From an uncultured Anaerolineales bacterium (GTDB taxonomy: Bacteria > Chloroflexota > Anaerolineae > CG2-30-64-16), in NCBI GenBank assembly GCA_964474695.1, contig CAYYTK010000002.1, forward strand, positions 235,898 to 299,897: a stretch of 64,000 nt of DNA. Reading direction: 5' to 3'. The notes under the pieces were generated by a model. That model worked only from the letters and a program-made list of their open reading frames with translations, had not been told where the DNA came from and made no database searches. A program made the translations under genes and the position numbers. How positions within the stretch are numbered: position 1 is the first letter of the stretch; every line of letters starts with the position of its first letter. Positions 1 to 8,359 of this stretch are shown in pieces.

Positions 1-600
1 GGCGAGATCACCCTGATTGCCATCGGCCCGCTGACCAATGTGGCGTTGGCGCTGCTGAAAGAGCCGCGCCTGGCCGCTAACCTGGCCGGGCTGACGGTGA
101 TGGGCGGGGTCGTAGGCGGCGCGGGCGCGCTGCACCTGCCGTGGGTCGAGCATAACTTCCGCTGCGACCCCGAAGCCGCTCAGATCGTGCTCGCGTCCGG
201 CGCACCCCTTCACATCGTGCCGTTGGACGTCACCACCCAAGTCAGCATCCGGCCGCAAGACACGGCGCGCATCCGGGCCGCGGGCGATCCCTTCCACCTG
301 GCCGTCGCGGATCAGATCGAACGCTACCCCCGATACCAACAGCGCGGCTGGACCTACCTGCACGACCCGTTGGCCGCCCTTGTAGGGGCAGGTCTTGCGC
401 CTGCCCCCGCGCTTGCGCCTGCCCCCGCGTTGGTAACATGGGAGCCGGTCCATGCGGTCGTCGAAACCGGGGGAAGGTACACTGCGGGGAAGCTGCTAGT
501 GAAGCGACCGTCCGGGGAGGAGCAGGTCACCGCGCAGGTCGCACTGAGCGTGGACGCGCGTCGCGCCGAGACATTTATCGTGGAGCGCTTGACCCGCTAA
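1..600 (+). CDS. Inosine/uridine-preferring nucleoside hydrolase family protein (5' end outside window)
   Basis: Frame open from nt 1 (GEITLIAIGPLTNVALALLKEP...), continuous with ORF 40..600. The C-terminal ...WTYLHDPLAA... is typical of IU-nucleoside hydrolases. Contains an in-frame 18-bp tandem duplication (394-429). Confidence 0.8.
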   Translation, partial: GEITLIAIGPLTNVALALLKEPRLAANLAGLTVMGGVVGGAGALHLPWVEHNFRCDPEAAQIVLASGAPLHIVPLDVTTQVSIRPQDTARIRAAGDPFHLAVADQIERYPRYQQRGWTYLHDPLAALVGAGLAPAPALAPAPALVTWEPVHAVVETGGRYTAGKLLVKRPSGEEQVTAQVALSVDARRAETFIVERLTR

Positions 601-681
601 GCGCGGCCGATCACATCAACGCGATCTTCGACTCCCAAACGCTATTCGCCTGCGCACACCTCGCGCAGTTCAGGAGGAGAC

Positions 682-1371
682 ATGGCAGTCTACGACCGTA
701 TTGTCAACATGCAGGACTGGTCACGCGGCGCTCACTTCGCGTTCTTCAACTCGTTCGCACAGCCGATCTTCAACGTCACTGCCACCGTCGATGTGACTGC
801 CCTCCGTCCTGTGCTCAAGCAGTCCGGCGTGACGTTCACCGTGGGCTGGCTCTACCTGCTGGCACGTGCATGCAATGCAATCCCCGAATTCCGGTACCGC
901 ATCAGGGGACATGTGGTCGTGGAGCATGAGGTCGTACATCCCTCGATCACCGTTCTGAGCAAAGAAAACCTCTTCGGCTTCTGCCTGGTGGCGTACACGG
1001 AGGATTTTCGGGTGTTCGCCGCGCGGGCTACGGAGCAAATCGAGCGTGCCAGCCAGCATCCGTCGCTTGCAGACGAGCCGGGCCGCGATGACGTACTCTA
1101 CATGAGCGCGATGCCGTGGCTCACCTTCACCAGCGTGACGCATCCCATGCCGACACAGCCGCCGGACTCCATACCCAGGTTCGCCTGGGGCAAATTCTCC
1201 GACGTCAACGGACGTCTCGTCATGCCGCTCAACGTACAGGCGCACCATGCACTGATGGACGGCCTGCACGTTGCGGCGCTCTATGAGGAATTGCAGCGTC
1301 TGCTGGATCGACCCGAAGATGTGCTTGGCAATGGAAACAGGCCTGCTCCGGCTGGAGGAGCAGGCCTGTGA
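682..1371 (+). CDS. cat: Chloramphenicol O-acetyltransferase (type A CAT family)-like protein
   Basis: 229 aa. The C-terminal ...MPLNVQAHHALMDGLHVAALYEELQ... matches the CAT catalytic-His motif (HHAxxDG) and overall CAT length. AGGAGGA RBS lies 6 nt upstream of the ATG. Confidence 0.8.
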   Translation: MAVYDRIVNMQDWSRGAHFAFFNSFAQPIFNVTATVDVTALRPVLKQSGVTFTVGWLYLLARACNAIPEFRYRIRGHVVVEHEVVHPSITVLSKENLFGFCLVAYTEDFRVFAARATEQIERASQHPSLADEPGRDDVLYMSAMPWLTFTSVTHPMPTQPPDSIPRFAWGKFSDVNGRLVMPLNVQAHHALMDGLHVAALYEELQRLLDRPEDVLGNGNRPAPAGGAGL

Positions 1372-1566
1372 TAGGCTTGGAAACAGGAAGGAACTCCAAT
1401 CTTCTGATCCCGAGTCAGATGCTTCACCATACATGGCGGAGCAATTGAGCCACAGGGAGTCAGACGAAGAAGGGCTTTGGGGATCGAGGCCTCAGCCGGT
1501 TTTTCGGGTAATGAGAGTAACCGGCCAACGGCATGTATGCCGCAGCCTCGAGTCCAGAGGCGCTTA

Positions 1567-2526
1567 TTACAGCTCGGCGCGGATCGCCGCGATTTGACCG
1601 GCATTGCCGAGCTTCACATTCTTGGCGGCGATGAATTTTGCGTACTCGGCCATAAAAGTCTTGCCGGGATCACGCAGGTCGAACTTCTCCGGGAAGTCGC
1701 GGAAGAACTCGCGATGGACGCGCGTCCAAACCAGGCGGCCATCGGTGTCGATATTGATCTTGGTGACGCCCAACTCCGCGGCGCGGCGGAACTGGTTGTC
1801 ATCCACGCCCTTCGCACCTGCCAGCTTGCCGCCCGCCGCGTTGATGCGGGCGACCTCTTCCTGCGGCACTGAGCTGGAGCCGTGCATCACCAGCGGGAAG
1901 CCGGGCAGCCGTTGCTGAATCTGGCTCAACACGTCGAAGCGCAGCCCCTGCGAGCCGGTGAACTTGAACGCGCCGTGGCTGGTGCCGATGGCGCACGCCA
2001 ACGAGTCACAGCCGGAACGCTCCACGAACTCCCTGGCCTGGTCCGGATCGGTGAGCTTGGCATCGGCCTCGCTGACCTTCACATGCTCCTCCACGCCGCC
2101 CAATTGCCCCAGCTCGGCCTCGACAACCAGGCCGGCCGCGTGCGCGGCATCGACCACCCGGCGGGTGATCTCGATGTTCTTCTCAAAGGACTCATGGCTG
2201 GCATCGATCATCACGGAGCTGTAGAACCCGCTTGCGATGCAGTCCATGCAGGTCTTCTCGTCGCCGTGATCCAGGTGCACCGCAAAGATAGCCTCGGGGA
2301 AGACCTGATCCGCAGCCCGGATGATAGCCTCCAGCATGCTCTTGTGGGTGTAGGTGCGCGCGCCTTTGCTGATCTGGATGATGAAAGGCGCCTGACTGTC
2401 CACGCAGCCGCGGAACAGGCCCATCGTCTGCTCCAGGTTATTGATGTTGTAGGCCCCGATGGCGTACGGCATGTATGCCGCCTTGCCGTACGCCTGTTCA
2501 AACAGCTTCTTGGTCGTTACGATCAT
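1567..2526 (-). CDS. fba: Class II fructose/ketose-bisphosphate aldolase (short, IIb-like)
   Basis: MIVTTKKLFEQAY...AIGAYNINNLEQ...HLDHG...GTSHGAFKF are class II aldolase motifs. Start moved to the internal ATG at 2526 (MIVTTKK). Confidence 0.85.
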   Translation of the reverse strand: MIVTTKKLFEQAYGKAAYMPYAIGAYNINNLEQTMGLFRGCVDSQAPFIIQISKGARTYTHKSMLEAIIRAADQVFPEAIFAVHLDHGDEKTCMDCIASGFYSSVMIDASHESFEKNIEITRRVVDAAHAAGLVVEAELGQLGGVEEHVKVSEADAKLTDPDQAREFVERSGCDSLACAIGTSHGAFKFTGSQGLRFDVLSQIQQRLPGFPLVMHGSSSVPQEEVARINAAGGKLAGAKGVDDNQFRRAAELGVTKINIDTDGRLVWTRVHREFFRDFPEKFDLRDPGKTFMAEYAKFIAAKNVKLGNAGQIAAIRAEL

Positions 2527-2580
2527 GAGAGTCACCTCGAAATGGATTGGATATGGCAGCATTCAGCCGAACAGATGACA

Positions 2581-2619
2581 GACAGGAGCCGATCATCTTG
2601 GCAATGATCGGCTCCTGTC
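2581..2619 (-). terminator. 16-bp perfect stem-loop between the two aldolase genes (terminator or processing site)
   Basis: GACAGGAGCCGATCAT-cttggca-ATGATCGGCTCCTGTC, read directly. Lies 37 nt downstream of the fbaA stop on the minus strand. Confidence 0.4.
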
Positions 2620-2655
2620 ATCCGCGCCCGCAGTGGTCGCGATGATCTGTGGTTG

Positions 2656-3729
2656 TTACTGACCGGTATTGTTCAGCTCTTCGAAGGATTTCCGCAGCCG
2701 GGCCTTGAAGGTCTCCTCGCCGGCGCGCAGCCAGGCACGCGGGTCATAATACTTCTTGTTCGGCTCATCCGGTCCCTTGGGGTTGCCGATCTGGCCTTGC
2801 AGGTATCCTTCGTTCTTGACGTAGTAATTCTTGATGCCTTCCCAGAAGCCCCACTGCAGATCGGTGTCGATGTTCATCTTGATCACGCCATAGGAGACCG
2901 CATCGCGAATCTCCTCCAGCGTCGAGCCGGAGCCGCCATGAAAGACCAGGTCCAGCGGCTTCTCCGGCGTGCCATGCTTCTGCTGGATGTAGGCCTGGCA
3001 ATTGTGCAAGATCTCCGGCCGCAGCTTCACGTTGCCCGGCTTGTAAACGCCGTGCACGTTGCCGAACGCGGCCGCGATGGTGAAGCGCGGGCTGACCTGC
3101 ATCAGCTCCGAGTAGGCTTTATCCACATCCTCAGGCTGCGTATAGAGCCGCGAGCTGCTCACACCGGTGTTGTCGACGCCATCTTCCTCGCCGCCGGTGA
3201 TGCCCAACTCCAACTCCAGAGTCATCCCCATCTTGCTCATGCGCTCCAGGTAACGCTTGCAGGTTTCGATGATCTCGGGCAGCGGCTCTTCCGACAGGTC
3301 CAGCATATGCGAGCTGAAGAGCGGCTTGCCGTGCACCTTGTAGTAGGCCTCGCCTGCGTCCAGCAGACCATCCACCCAGGGCAGCAGTTTCTTGGCGCAG
3401 TGATCGGTGTGCACCATGACCCGCGCGCCGTAGGCTTCAGCGAGCTGATGGACGTGCATTGCGCCGGCGATGGCGCCAGCGATAGCTGAGCGCTGTCCGG
3501 TGTTGCTCAACCCCTTGCCGGCATAGAAGATCGCGCCGCCGTTGGAGAACTGAATAATCATCGGCGCATTCAGCTCGGCAGCGGTCTCCAGGCAGGCATT
3601 GACCGTGTTGGTTCCCGTACAGTTAGCAGCGGGCAGGGCGAACTGATGCGCCTTGGCATAGGCAAACACCTTCTGCACGTCGTCGCCCAGGATGACGCCA
3701 GCCGGGACTAAACCGTTTAAAGCAGACAT
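2656..3729 (-). CDS. fbaA: Class IIa fructose-1,6-bisphosphate aldolase
   Basis: MSALNGLVPAGVILGDDVQKVFAYAKAHQFALPAANCTGT...IIQFSNGGA resembles E. coli-type FbaA over its whole ~357 aa. AAGGAGG lies 8 nt upstream of the ATG at 3729. Confidence 0.9.
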   Translation of the reverse strand: MSALNGLVPAGVILGDDVQKVFAYAKAHQFALPAANCTGTNTVNACLETAAELNAPMIIQFSNGGAIFYAGKGLSNTGQRSAIAGAIAGAMHVHQLAEAYGARVMVHTDHCAKKLLPWVDGLLDAGEAYYKVHGKPLFSSHMLDLSEEPLPEIIETCKRYLERMSKMGMTLELELGITGGEEDGVDNTGVSSSRLYTQPEDVDKAYSELMQVSPRFTIAAAFGNVHGVYKPGNVKLRPEILHNCQAYIQQKHGTPEKPLDLVFHGGSGSTLEEIRDAVSYGVIKMNIDTDLQWGFWEGIKNYYVKNEGYLQGQIGNPKGPDEPNKKYYDPRAWLRAGEETFKARLRKSFEELNNTGQ

Positions 3730-3857
3730 CGTATGCACCTCCTTAATCTGAGAGAAGAGAGCGCGAAGAATCCAACATGGATTCTACTATAGAAGGTCAG
3801 TTTCTGCAACCGGGCTCCCGATCTTTGCAGGAATTCTCAATGTAGAAAAGCGCGGAG

Positions 3858-3911
3858 GCACCCTGAGCGGAGTCCCGGCCGTTTTTCTGCCGGGACGCAG
3901 TCGAAGGGCGC
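3858..3911 (+). repeat. Dispersed repeat, family GCAYCCTGAGCGGAG-(variable hairpin)-CGCAGTCGAAGGRYGC
   Basis: gcaccctgagcggag-tcccggccgtttttctgccggga-cgcagtcgaagggcgc. Related copies at 3932-3980 (inverted), 27389-27468, 63652-63705, and a partial copy at 61200-61214. Confidence 0.6.
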
Positions 3912-3931
3912 CGGAGCAGGCAGATGGGGCC

Positions 3932-3980
3932 GCATTCTTCGACTCCGTCGGGTCCCCCACCCCGACTCCGCTCAGAATGC
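3932..3980 (-). repeat. Inverted copy of the CTGAGCGGAG...AGTCGAAG repeat family
   Basis: The reverse complement reads gcattctgagcggagtcggggtgggggacccgacggagtcgaagaatgc. Confidence 0.55.
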
Positions 3981-4030
3981 TCCGGTTACATTGAGACTTG
4001 CTGCCGATGTTTCTGCACCATCCCGAACTA

Positions 4031-4039
4031 TGTTAGAAT
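4031..4039 (+). promoter_or_regulatory. Candidate extended -10 promoter element (TGtTAGAAT) for the PDO-like gene
   Basis: TGTTAGAAT lies 39 nt upstream of the ATG at 4078. The same TGnTAGAAT form recurs at 36754-36762. No clear -35. Confidence 0.35.
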
Positions 4040-4077
4040 GTTACGAGCATTGTACTTACACAAAGGGAGGGATACGC

Positions 4078-4719
4078 ATGGCACTCTTGAACGCGGCAAT
4101 CCGCAAAGACGTCAAGGCCGCGCTGGCCGACGTGAAAACGCCGGTCACGTTCAAAGTCTTCACTCAGGCCTTTGAATGCCAGTATTGCAAGGAAACGCGC
4201 GAGCTGGTGGAGGAGGTGGCAGAGCTATCCGACAAGGTCTCAGTCGAAGTTTACGATTTCGAAAAGGACAAGGCGCTGGCCGACAGCCTGGGCATCGACA
4301 AAGTCCCGGGCATGGCCATCGTCGGAGCAAAGGATTACGGCATCCGCATGTTCGGCATCCCGTCGGGCTACGAGTTCGGCGGCCTGATCGAGAGCATCAA
4401 ACTCGTCGCTGAGGGGGACTCAGGGCTGGCCCCCGACACGCGAAAGCAGATTGCCAGGCTCACAAAGCCGGTCAAGATCCAGGTCTTCATCACCCCCACC
4501 TGACCCTACTGCCCGCGAGCCGTGTCGCTCGCGTACCAAATGGCGCTGGAAAGCGATCTGATCCAGGCCCACATGGTTGAGGTTATCGAGTTTCCTCACC
4601 TTGCCAACAAATACCAGGTGATGGGCGTGCCGCGGACCGTGATCGACGAGACGATCCACATCGAGGGCGCTGTGCCTGAGCCGATGTTGATGAAGGAATT
4701 CGCCAAACTGCTGAAGTAA
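4078..4719 (+). CDS. Two-domain protein disulfide oxidoreductase / glutaredoxin-like protein (PDO family), with in-frame TGA (4501-4503) read as candidate selenocysteine
   Basis: ORFs 4078-4500 and 4504-4719 share one frame and are split only by the TGA. The N-unit has CQYC. The C-unit reads VFITPT-[TGA]-PYCPRAV, where PDO homologues have CPYC. AAGGGAGG RBS upstream of 4078. Confidence 0.7.
4514..4533 (+). promoter_or_regulatory. Candidate bacterial SECIS hairpin
   Basis: CGCGAGC-CGUGUC-GCUCGCG: 7-bp GC stem and 6-nt loop containing GU. It starts 10 nt after the UGA, and the loop is about 20 nt from the UGA. Confidence 0.5.
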
Positions 4720-4744
4720 CACTCCACCCCACAGGAGGCTTGCA

Positions 4745-5608
4745 ATGACGCAAGGGATCTCGCATGTCGGCGTCGTGGGCTGCGGGCTCATGGGCGCGGG
4801 CATCGTCGAAGTGTGCGCCAAATCGGGTTACACCGTCGTCGTGCGCGAGGCCAATCACGGACTGCTCGAAGCCGGCATTGCGCGCATCAACAGCTCGCTG
4901 GATCGGGCAGTAGCCAGGGGCAAGTTGGCTGCCGAAGACCGTGATGCCGCCCGGTCGCGCATCACTGGCGTCACCGACATGGCGGCGTTCGCGCACTGTG
5001 ACCTGGTCATCGAAGCGGTGGTCGAGAACCTCGATCTGAAGCGCGAAATCTTCGCCGAATTGGATCGGGTGACGCCGCCTCATGCGATCCTGGCCAGCAA
5101 CACCTCATCCTTGGCAGTCACTGACATGGCTGCGGCGACCAAACGTCCCGATAAGGTGCTGGGCCTCCACTTCATGCAGCCGGTGCCGGTGATGGCCCTG
5201 CTGGAGATGGTCCGCACCTTCCTCACGGGCGAGGAGACCTTCCAAACCGCCAAAGCATTCGGTGAGAGCTTAGGTAAGACGATCATCGTCAGCAAGGATA
5301 CGCCCGGCTTCGTTGTCAACCTGCTGCTGATCCCCTATTTGCTGCAGGCCATCGAAGCGCTGGAGCGGGGCGTCGCCACCAAAGAGGATTTCGATGCCGG
5401 CATCCGGCTCGGGCTGGGCCATCCGATGGGGCCGTTCACCTTGCTGGACTTGATCGGCCTGGACACCACATTGTTCATAGCCGACGCGGTGTTCGCCGAG
5501 ACCAAAGACCCGCGCTTTGCCGCGCCGCCCCTGCTCCGCCGCATGGTCAGCGCCGGGCACCTGGGCAAAAAGAACGGGAAAGGGTTCTACGATTACGGAA
5601 AGGGGTGA
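4745..5608 (+). CDS. 3-hydroxybutyryl-CoA / 3-hydroxyacyl-CoA dehydrogenase
   Basis: N-terminal Rossmann motif [13 protein letters not shown] and 287 aa length. The C-terminal ...[14 protein letters not shown] is typical of the Hbd family. Confidence 0.85.
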   Translation: MTQGISHVGVVGCGLMGAGIVEVCAKSGYTVVVREANHGLLEAGIARINSSLDRAVARGKLAAEDRDAARSRITGVTDMAAFAHCDLVIEAVVENLDLKREIFAELDRVTPPHAILASNTSSLAVTDMAAATKRPDKVLGLHFMQPVPVMALLEMVRTFLTGEETFQTAKAFGESLGKTIIVSKDTPGFVVNLLLIPYLLQAIEALERGVATKEDFDAGIRLGLGHPMGPFTLLDLIGLDTTLFIADAVFAETKDPRFAAPPLLRRMVSAGHLGKKNGKGFYDYGKG

Positions 5609-6471
5609 AACAGATGATTCCTAAGTCGGTCTTTGGCCGCACCGGACACCTGAGCACGCGCACCATTTTCGGCGCGGCCGCGTTGGGCGGCGTAACGCAG
5701 GCAGAAGCCGATCGCACGCTGGACGTGTTGCTGCAATACGGCGTCAACCATATCGATGTGGCCCGCAACTACGGCGACGCAGAGCTGCGCATTGGCCCGT
5801 GGATGAAACAGCACCGGAGCCACTTCTTCCTGGCCACCAAGACCCAGGAGCGCACCTATGCCAGGGCCAAGGAGCAGATCCACGAGTCATTGGAGCGATT
5901 GCAGACCGACCACGTGGACCTGCTGCAACTGCACTTCCTGGTCGATCCTGCGGAATGGGAGGTGGCGCTGGGGCCGGGCGGCGCGCTGGAGGCAGCCATC
6001 GAAGCGCGCGAGCAGGGGCTGACCCGATTCATCGGCGTCACAGGCCACGAAGTCGTCGCGCCGGCCATGCACCTGCGCAGCCTGGCGCGCTTCGATTTCG
6101 ATACGGTGCTGCTGCCGTACAACTACCTGTTGATGCAGAATCCTCAATACGCGGCCGATTTCGAGGCGGTGGTGAAGCTCTGTGCTGAGCGGAACGTGCC
6201 GGTGCAGACAATCAAAGGGCTTACCCGCCGGCGCTGGGGTGATGGCCCACGCACCCGTGCCACCTGGTACGAGCCGCTGGAAGAGCAGCCCGATATCGAC
6301 CTGGCAGTGTGGTATGTGCTGGGCCGGCCCGGCATCTTCCTGAATACCCTTGGCGACATCCACGTGCTGCCGAAAGTGCTGGACGCCGCCAGCCGCTTCG
6401 AGCGCGCGCCGTCCGATGGGGAGATGGAGGCATTGGTCGCCCGGCGGGAAATGGGACCGATGTTTTGGTAG
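5605..6471 (+). CDS. Aldo/keto reductase family oxidoreductase
   Basis: [20 protein letters not shown]...[15 protein letters not shown]...DLLQLH are AKR motifs. The GTG start overlaps the upstream stop. Confidence 0.8.
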   Translation: MKQMIPKSVFGRTGHLSTRTIFGAAALGGVTQAEADRTLDVLLQYGVNHIDVARNYGDAELRIGPWMKQHRSHFFLATKTQERTYARAKEQIHESLERLQTDHVDLLQLHFLVDPAEWEVALGPGGALEAAIEAREQGLTRFIGVTGHEVVAPAMHLRSLARFDFDTVLLPYNYLLMQNPQYAADFEAVVKLCAERNVPVQTIKGLTRRRWGDGPRTRATWYEPLEEQPDIDLAVWYVLGRPGIFLNTLGDIHVLPKVLDAASRFERAPSDGEMEALVARREMGPMFW

Positions 6472-6477
6472 CATGAA

Positions 6478-6510
6478 AGAAACCAGGTTTCTGACAGAAA
6501 CCTGGTTTCT
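6478..6510. repeat. Double-palindrome repeat AGAAACCAGGTTTCT-gac-AGAAACCTGGTTTCT (copy 1 of 4), likely bidirectional terminator
   Basis: Read directly. Lies between convergent genes (stops at 6471 and 6519), with a T-run after the stem on both strands. Confidence 0.7.
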
Positions 6511-6518
6511 TTTCAGGC

Positions 6519-7292
6519 CTATTCCTCGCAATACGCGAGCACGGTCGCATAAGGTCTGAATCCCACCCGTTCGTACACGCGGCCGGCGCGCTCGTCAGCC
6601 GCGCCGAGGAACGCGACCTGCACCCCGGCCCCGAAAGCCTCCCGGACCATCGCGGCCACGAGCGCGCTGGCGATGCCCTGGCGCCGGTATGCCGCCAGCG
6701 TGGCGATGCCCACCAACTCCGTGAACCCGTGAAGCGGCGCCGTATAGGCGCCGGCCGTAACGGGCTCGCCATCCAGCAGGCCGAGGAAGCAGCGGCCCCC
6801 TTGCCCCGAGCGCCGGCGCAAGTCTTCGACCTGCGCGTCGGTGGGATCGGTGCGATCCTCTTCGCCGAAGCTCCACGCCTGCACGCTGATAAACGCGGCG
6901 AGGTCAGCAGCCGGCGATCCGGGCGTGAGCTGGCGCATCGCCAGGCCAGGCACATCGGGCGCAGGCCGAAAGCTGTCCGGCGTGCATACCATCAGGGGAT
7001 TGCGCCCTTCTTCAACCAGGCCGGCCGCAGCCAACGCGGGGCCGAGATCAGGCGCGTACTGCTCGATAAACTCGAAACGCAGCAGGCGCTCTCGGCGCGC
7101 GAACTCAGCCCGCAGCGCCGCCATCGTCTCCGCCGAAACATCCTTCACGGGTTCAGCCGGCATCCCATAGTTGTAGAACCGCAGCGCGTCGTTCGGGCTG
7201 AAGAAAAGCTCGAACGGCGGCACTTCGACCACGTCGTGAGTGCCGGCCGCCGCTGCGCGCAGATAAGCTTGAAGTATGGCTGGTGAAAACAA
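6519..7292 (-). CDS. GNAT family N-acetyltransferase
   Basis: The C-terminal ...ELVGIATLAAYRRQGIASALVAAMV...GRVYERVGF matches the GNAT acetyl-CoA binding motif (R/Q-x-x-G-x-A). Confidence 0.75.
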   Translation of the reverse strand: MFSPAILQAYLRAAAAGTHDVVEVPPFELFFSPNDALRFYNYGMPAEPVKDVSAETMAALRAEFARRERLLRFEFIEQYAPDLGPALAAAGLVEEGRNPLMVCTPDSFRPAPDVPGLAMRQLTPGSPAADLAAFISVQAWSFGEEDRTDPTDAQVEDLRRRSGQGGRCFLGLLDGEPVTAGAYTAPLHGFTELVGIATLAAYRRQGIASALVAAMVREAFGAGVQVAFLGAADERAGRVYERVGFRPYATVLAYCEE

Positions 7293-7337
7293 GACCGGAC
7301 TCCTCTGATCCCAGATTCCTGTCTCCTGACTCCTGAA

Positions 7338-8357
7338 CTACTTGCCGCCAGGATACGTTCGATCTTCCAGGTCGGCGATGTACTTTTCCACTTCCAGCGC
7401 GGCCGCCACGCCCTGGCCTGCCGAGGTCGCGACCTGCTTGAAGCGGTGGTCCTGGATCTCACCCGCGGCGAAGATGCCGGGCACACTGGTGCGCATCAGC
7501 TTATCGGTGATCAGGTAGCCTTCCTCGTCCATTGCCAGTTTGTCGACGAAGAGCTGGTTGTTGGGCAGGTGGCCGACGTAGATGAAGACGCCGTCGACCG
7601 GCGTGTCGTGCGTCTCGCCGGTGACCACATTCTTCAAGGTGACGCTTTCGACCTTCTCCGCGCCGTTAATGCTCGTGATCACGCTGTTCCAAACAAACTC
7701 GATCTTGGGGTTTTCGACTGCGCGGCGCTGCAGGGTCGCACCGGCCCGCAATTGGTCACGGCGGTGGACGATGCGCACCCTGGACGCGAACCTGGTCAGG
7801 AACAACGCCTCTTGCAGCGCGCTGTCGCCGCCGCCGACCACCACGATTTCCTTGTTGCGGAAGAAGAAGCCGTCGCAGGTCGCGCAATAGCTGACCCCAT
7901 GTCCGGTCAGCCGTTCTTCGTTGGCGGCGCCCAGCCGTCGCGGGGATGCGCCGGTGGCCGCGACGATCGCCTTGGTCTTGAATTCGTTGCCACTGGCCGT
8001 CTTGACGGTGAAGGGCGGGCCGTTCACATCGATCTCGGTGACGGTGTCGATCAAAACCTCGGCGCCGAAGCGCTCGGCCTGCCGCTGCATTCGCTCCACC
8101 AGCTCAGGCCCCTGGATTTGCTCGAAGCCGGGGAAGTTCTCCACCTCGGTCGTCAAGGCAACCTGGCCGCCCAACTCGTTGCCGGTGATCAGCAGAGGGC
8201 GCAAATCCGCGCGCGCGACATAGATCGCAGCCGACCAGCCCGCCGGGCCGCTGCCGATGATGATCACATTTTCGATTTCGGGCCGCGGCCCCCCTTCGAT
8301 CCGGCTTTCGACCTCGGCCTTCTCGCTGCTGCCCAGGTTCAGGTTAAAATCAAGCAT
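7338..8357 (-). CDS. trxB: Thioredoxin-disulfide reductase
   Basis: VIIIGSGPAGWSAAIY (FAD motif), the CATCDG redox centre, and VVVGGGDSALQEA (NADPH motif). Confidence 0.9.
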   Translation of the reverse strand: MLDFNLNLGSSEKAEVESRIEGGPRPEIENVIIIGSGPAGWSAAIYVARADLRPLLITGNELGGQVALTTEVENFPGFEQIQGPELVERMQRQAERFGAEVLIDTVTEIDVNGPPFTVKTASGNEFKTKAIVAATGASPRRLGAANEERLTGHGVSYCATCDGFFFRNKEIVVVGGGDSALQEALFLTRFASRVRIVHRRDQLRAGATLQRRAVENPKIEFVWNSVITSINGAEKVESVTLKNVVTGETHDTPVDGVFIYVGHLPNNQLFVDKLAMDEEGYLITDKLMRTSVPGIFAAGEIQDHRFKQVATSAGQGVAAALEVEKYIADLEDRTYPGGK

Positions 8358-8359
8358 TG

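Noticed and set aside
3924-4175. Small ORFs in the fbaA/PDO intergenic region
   Set aside because: They are composed of the dispersed repeat copies and the promoter region. They have no RBS or family resemblance.
4501-4503. TGA as a simple nonsense mutation (pseudogene) in the PDO-like gene
   Set aside because: This is not fully excluded but is judged less likely. The stop falls exactly on the first Cys of CxxC, both halves are otherwise intact and in frame, and a suitably spaced GC hairpin follows. It needs genome-level confirmation of the Sec machinery.
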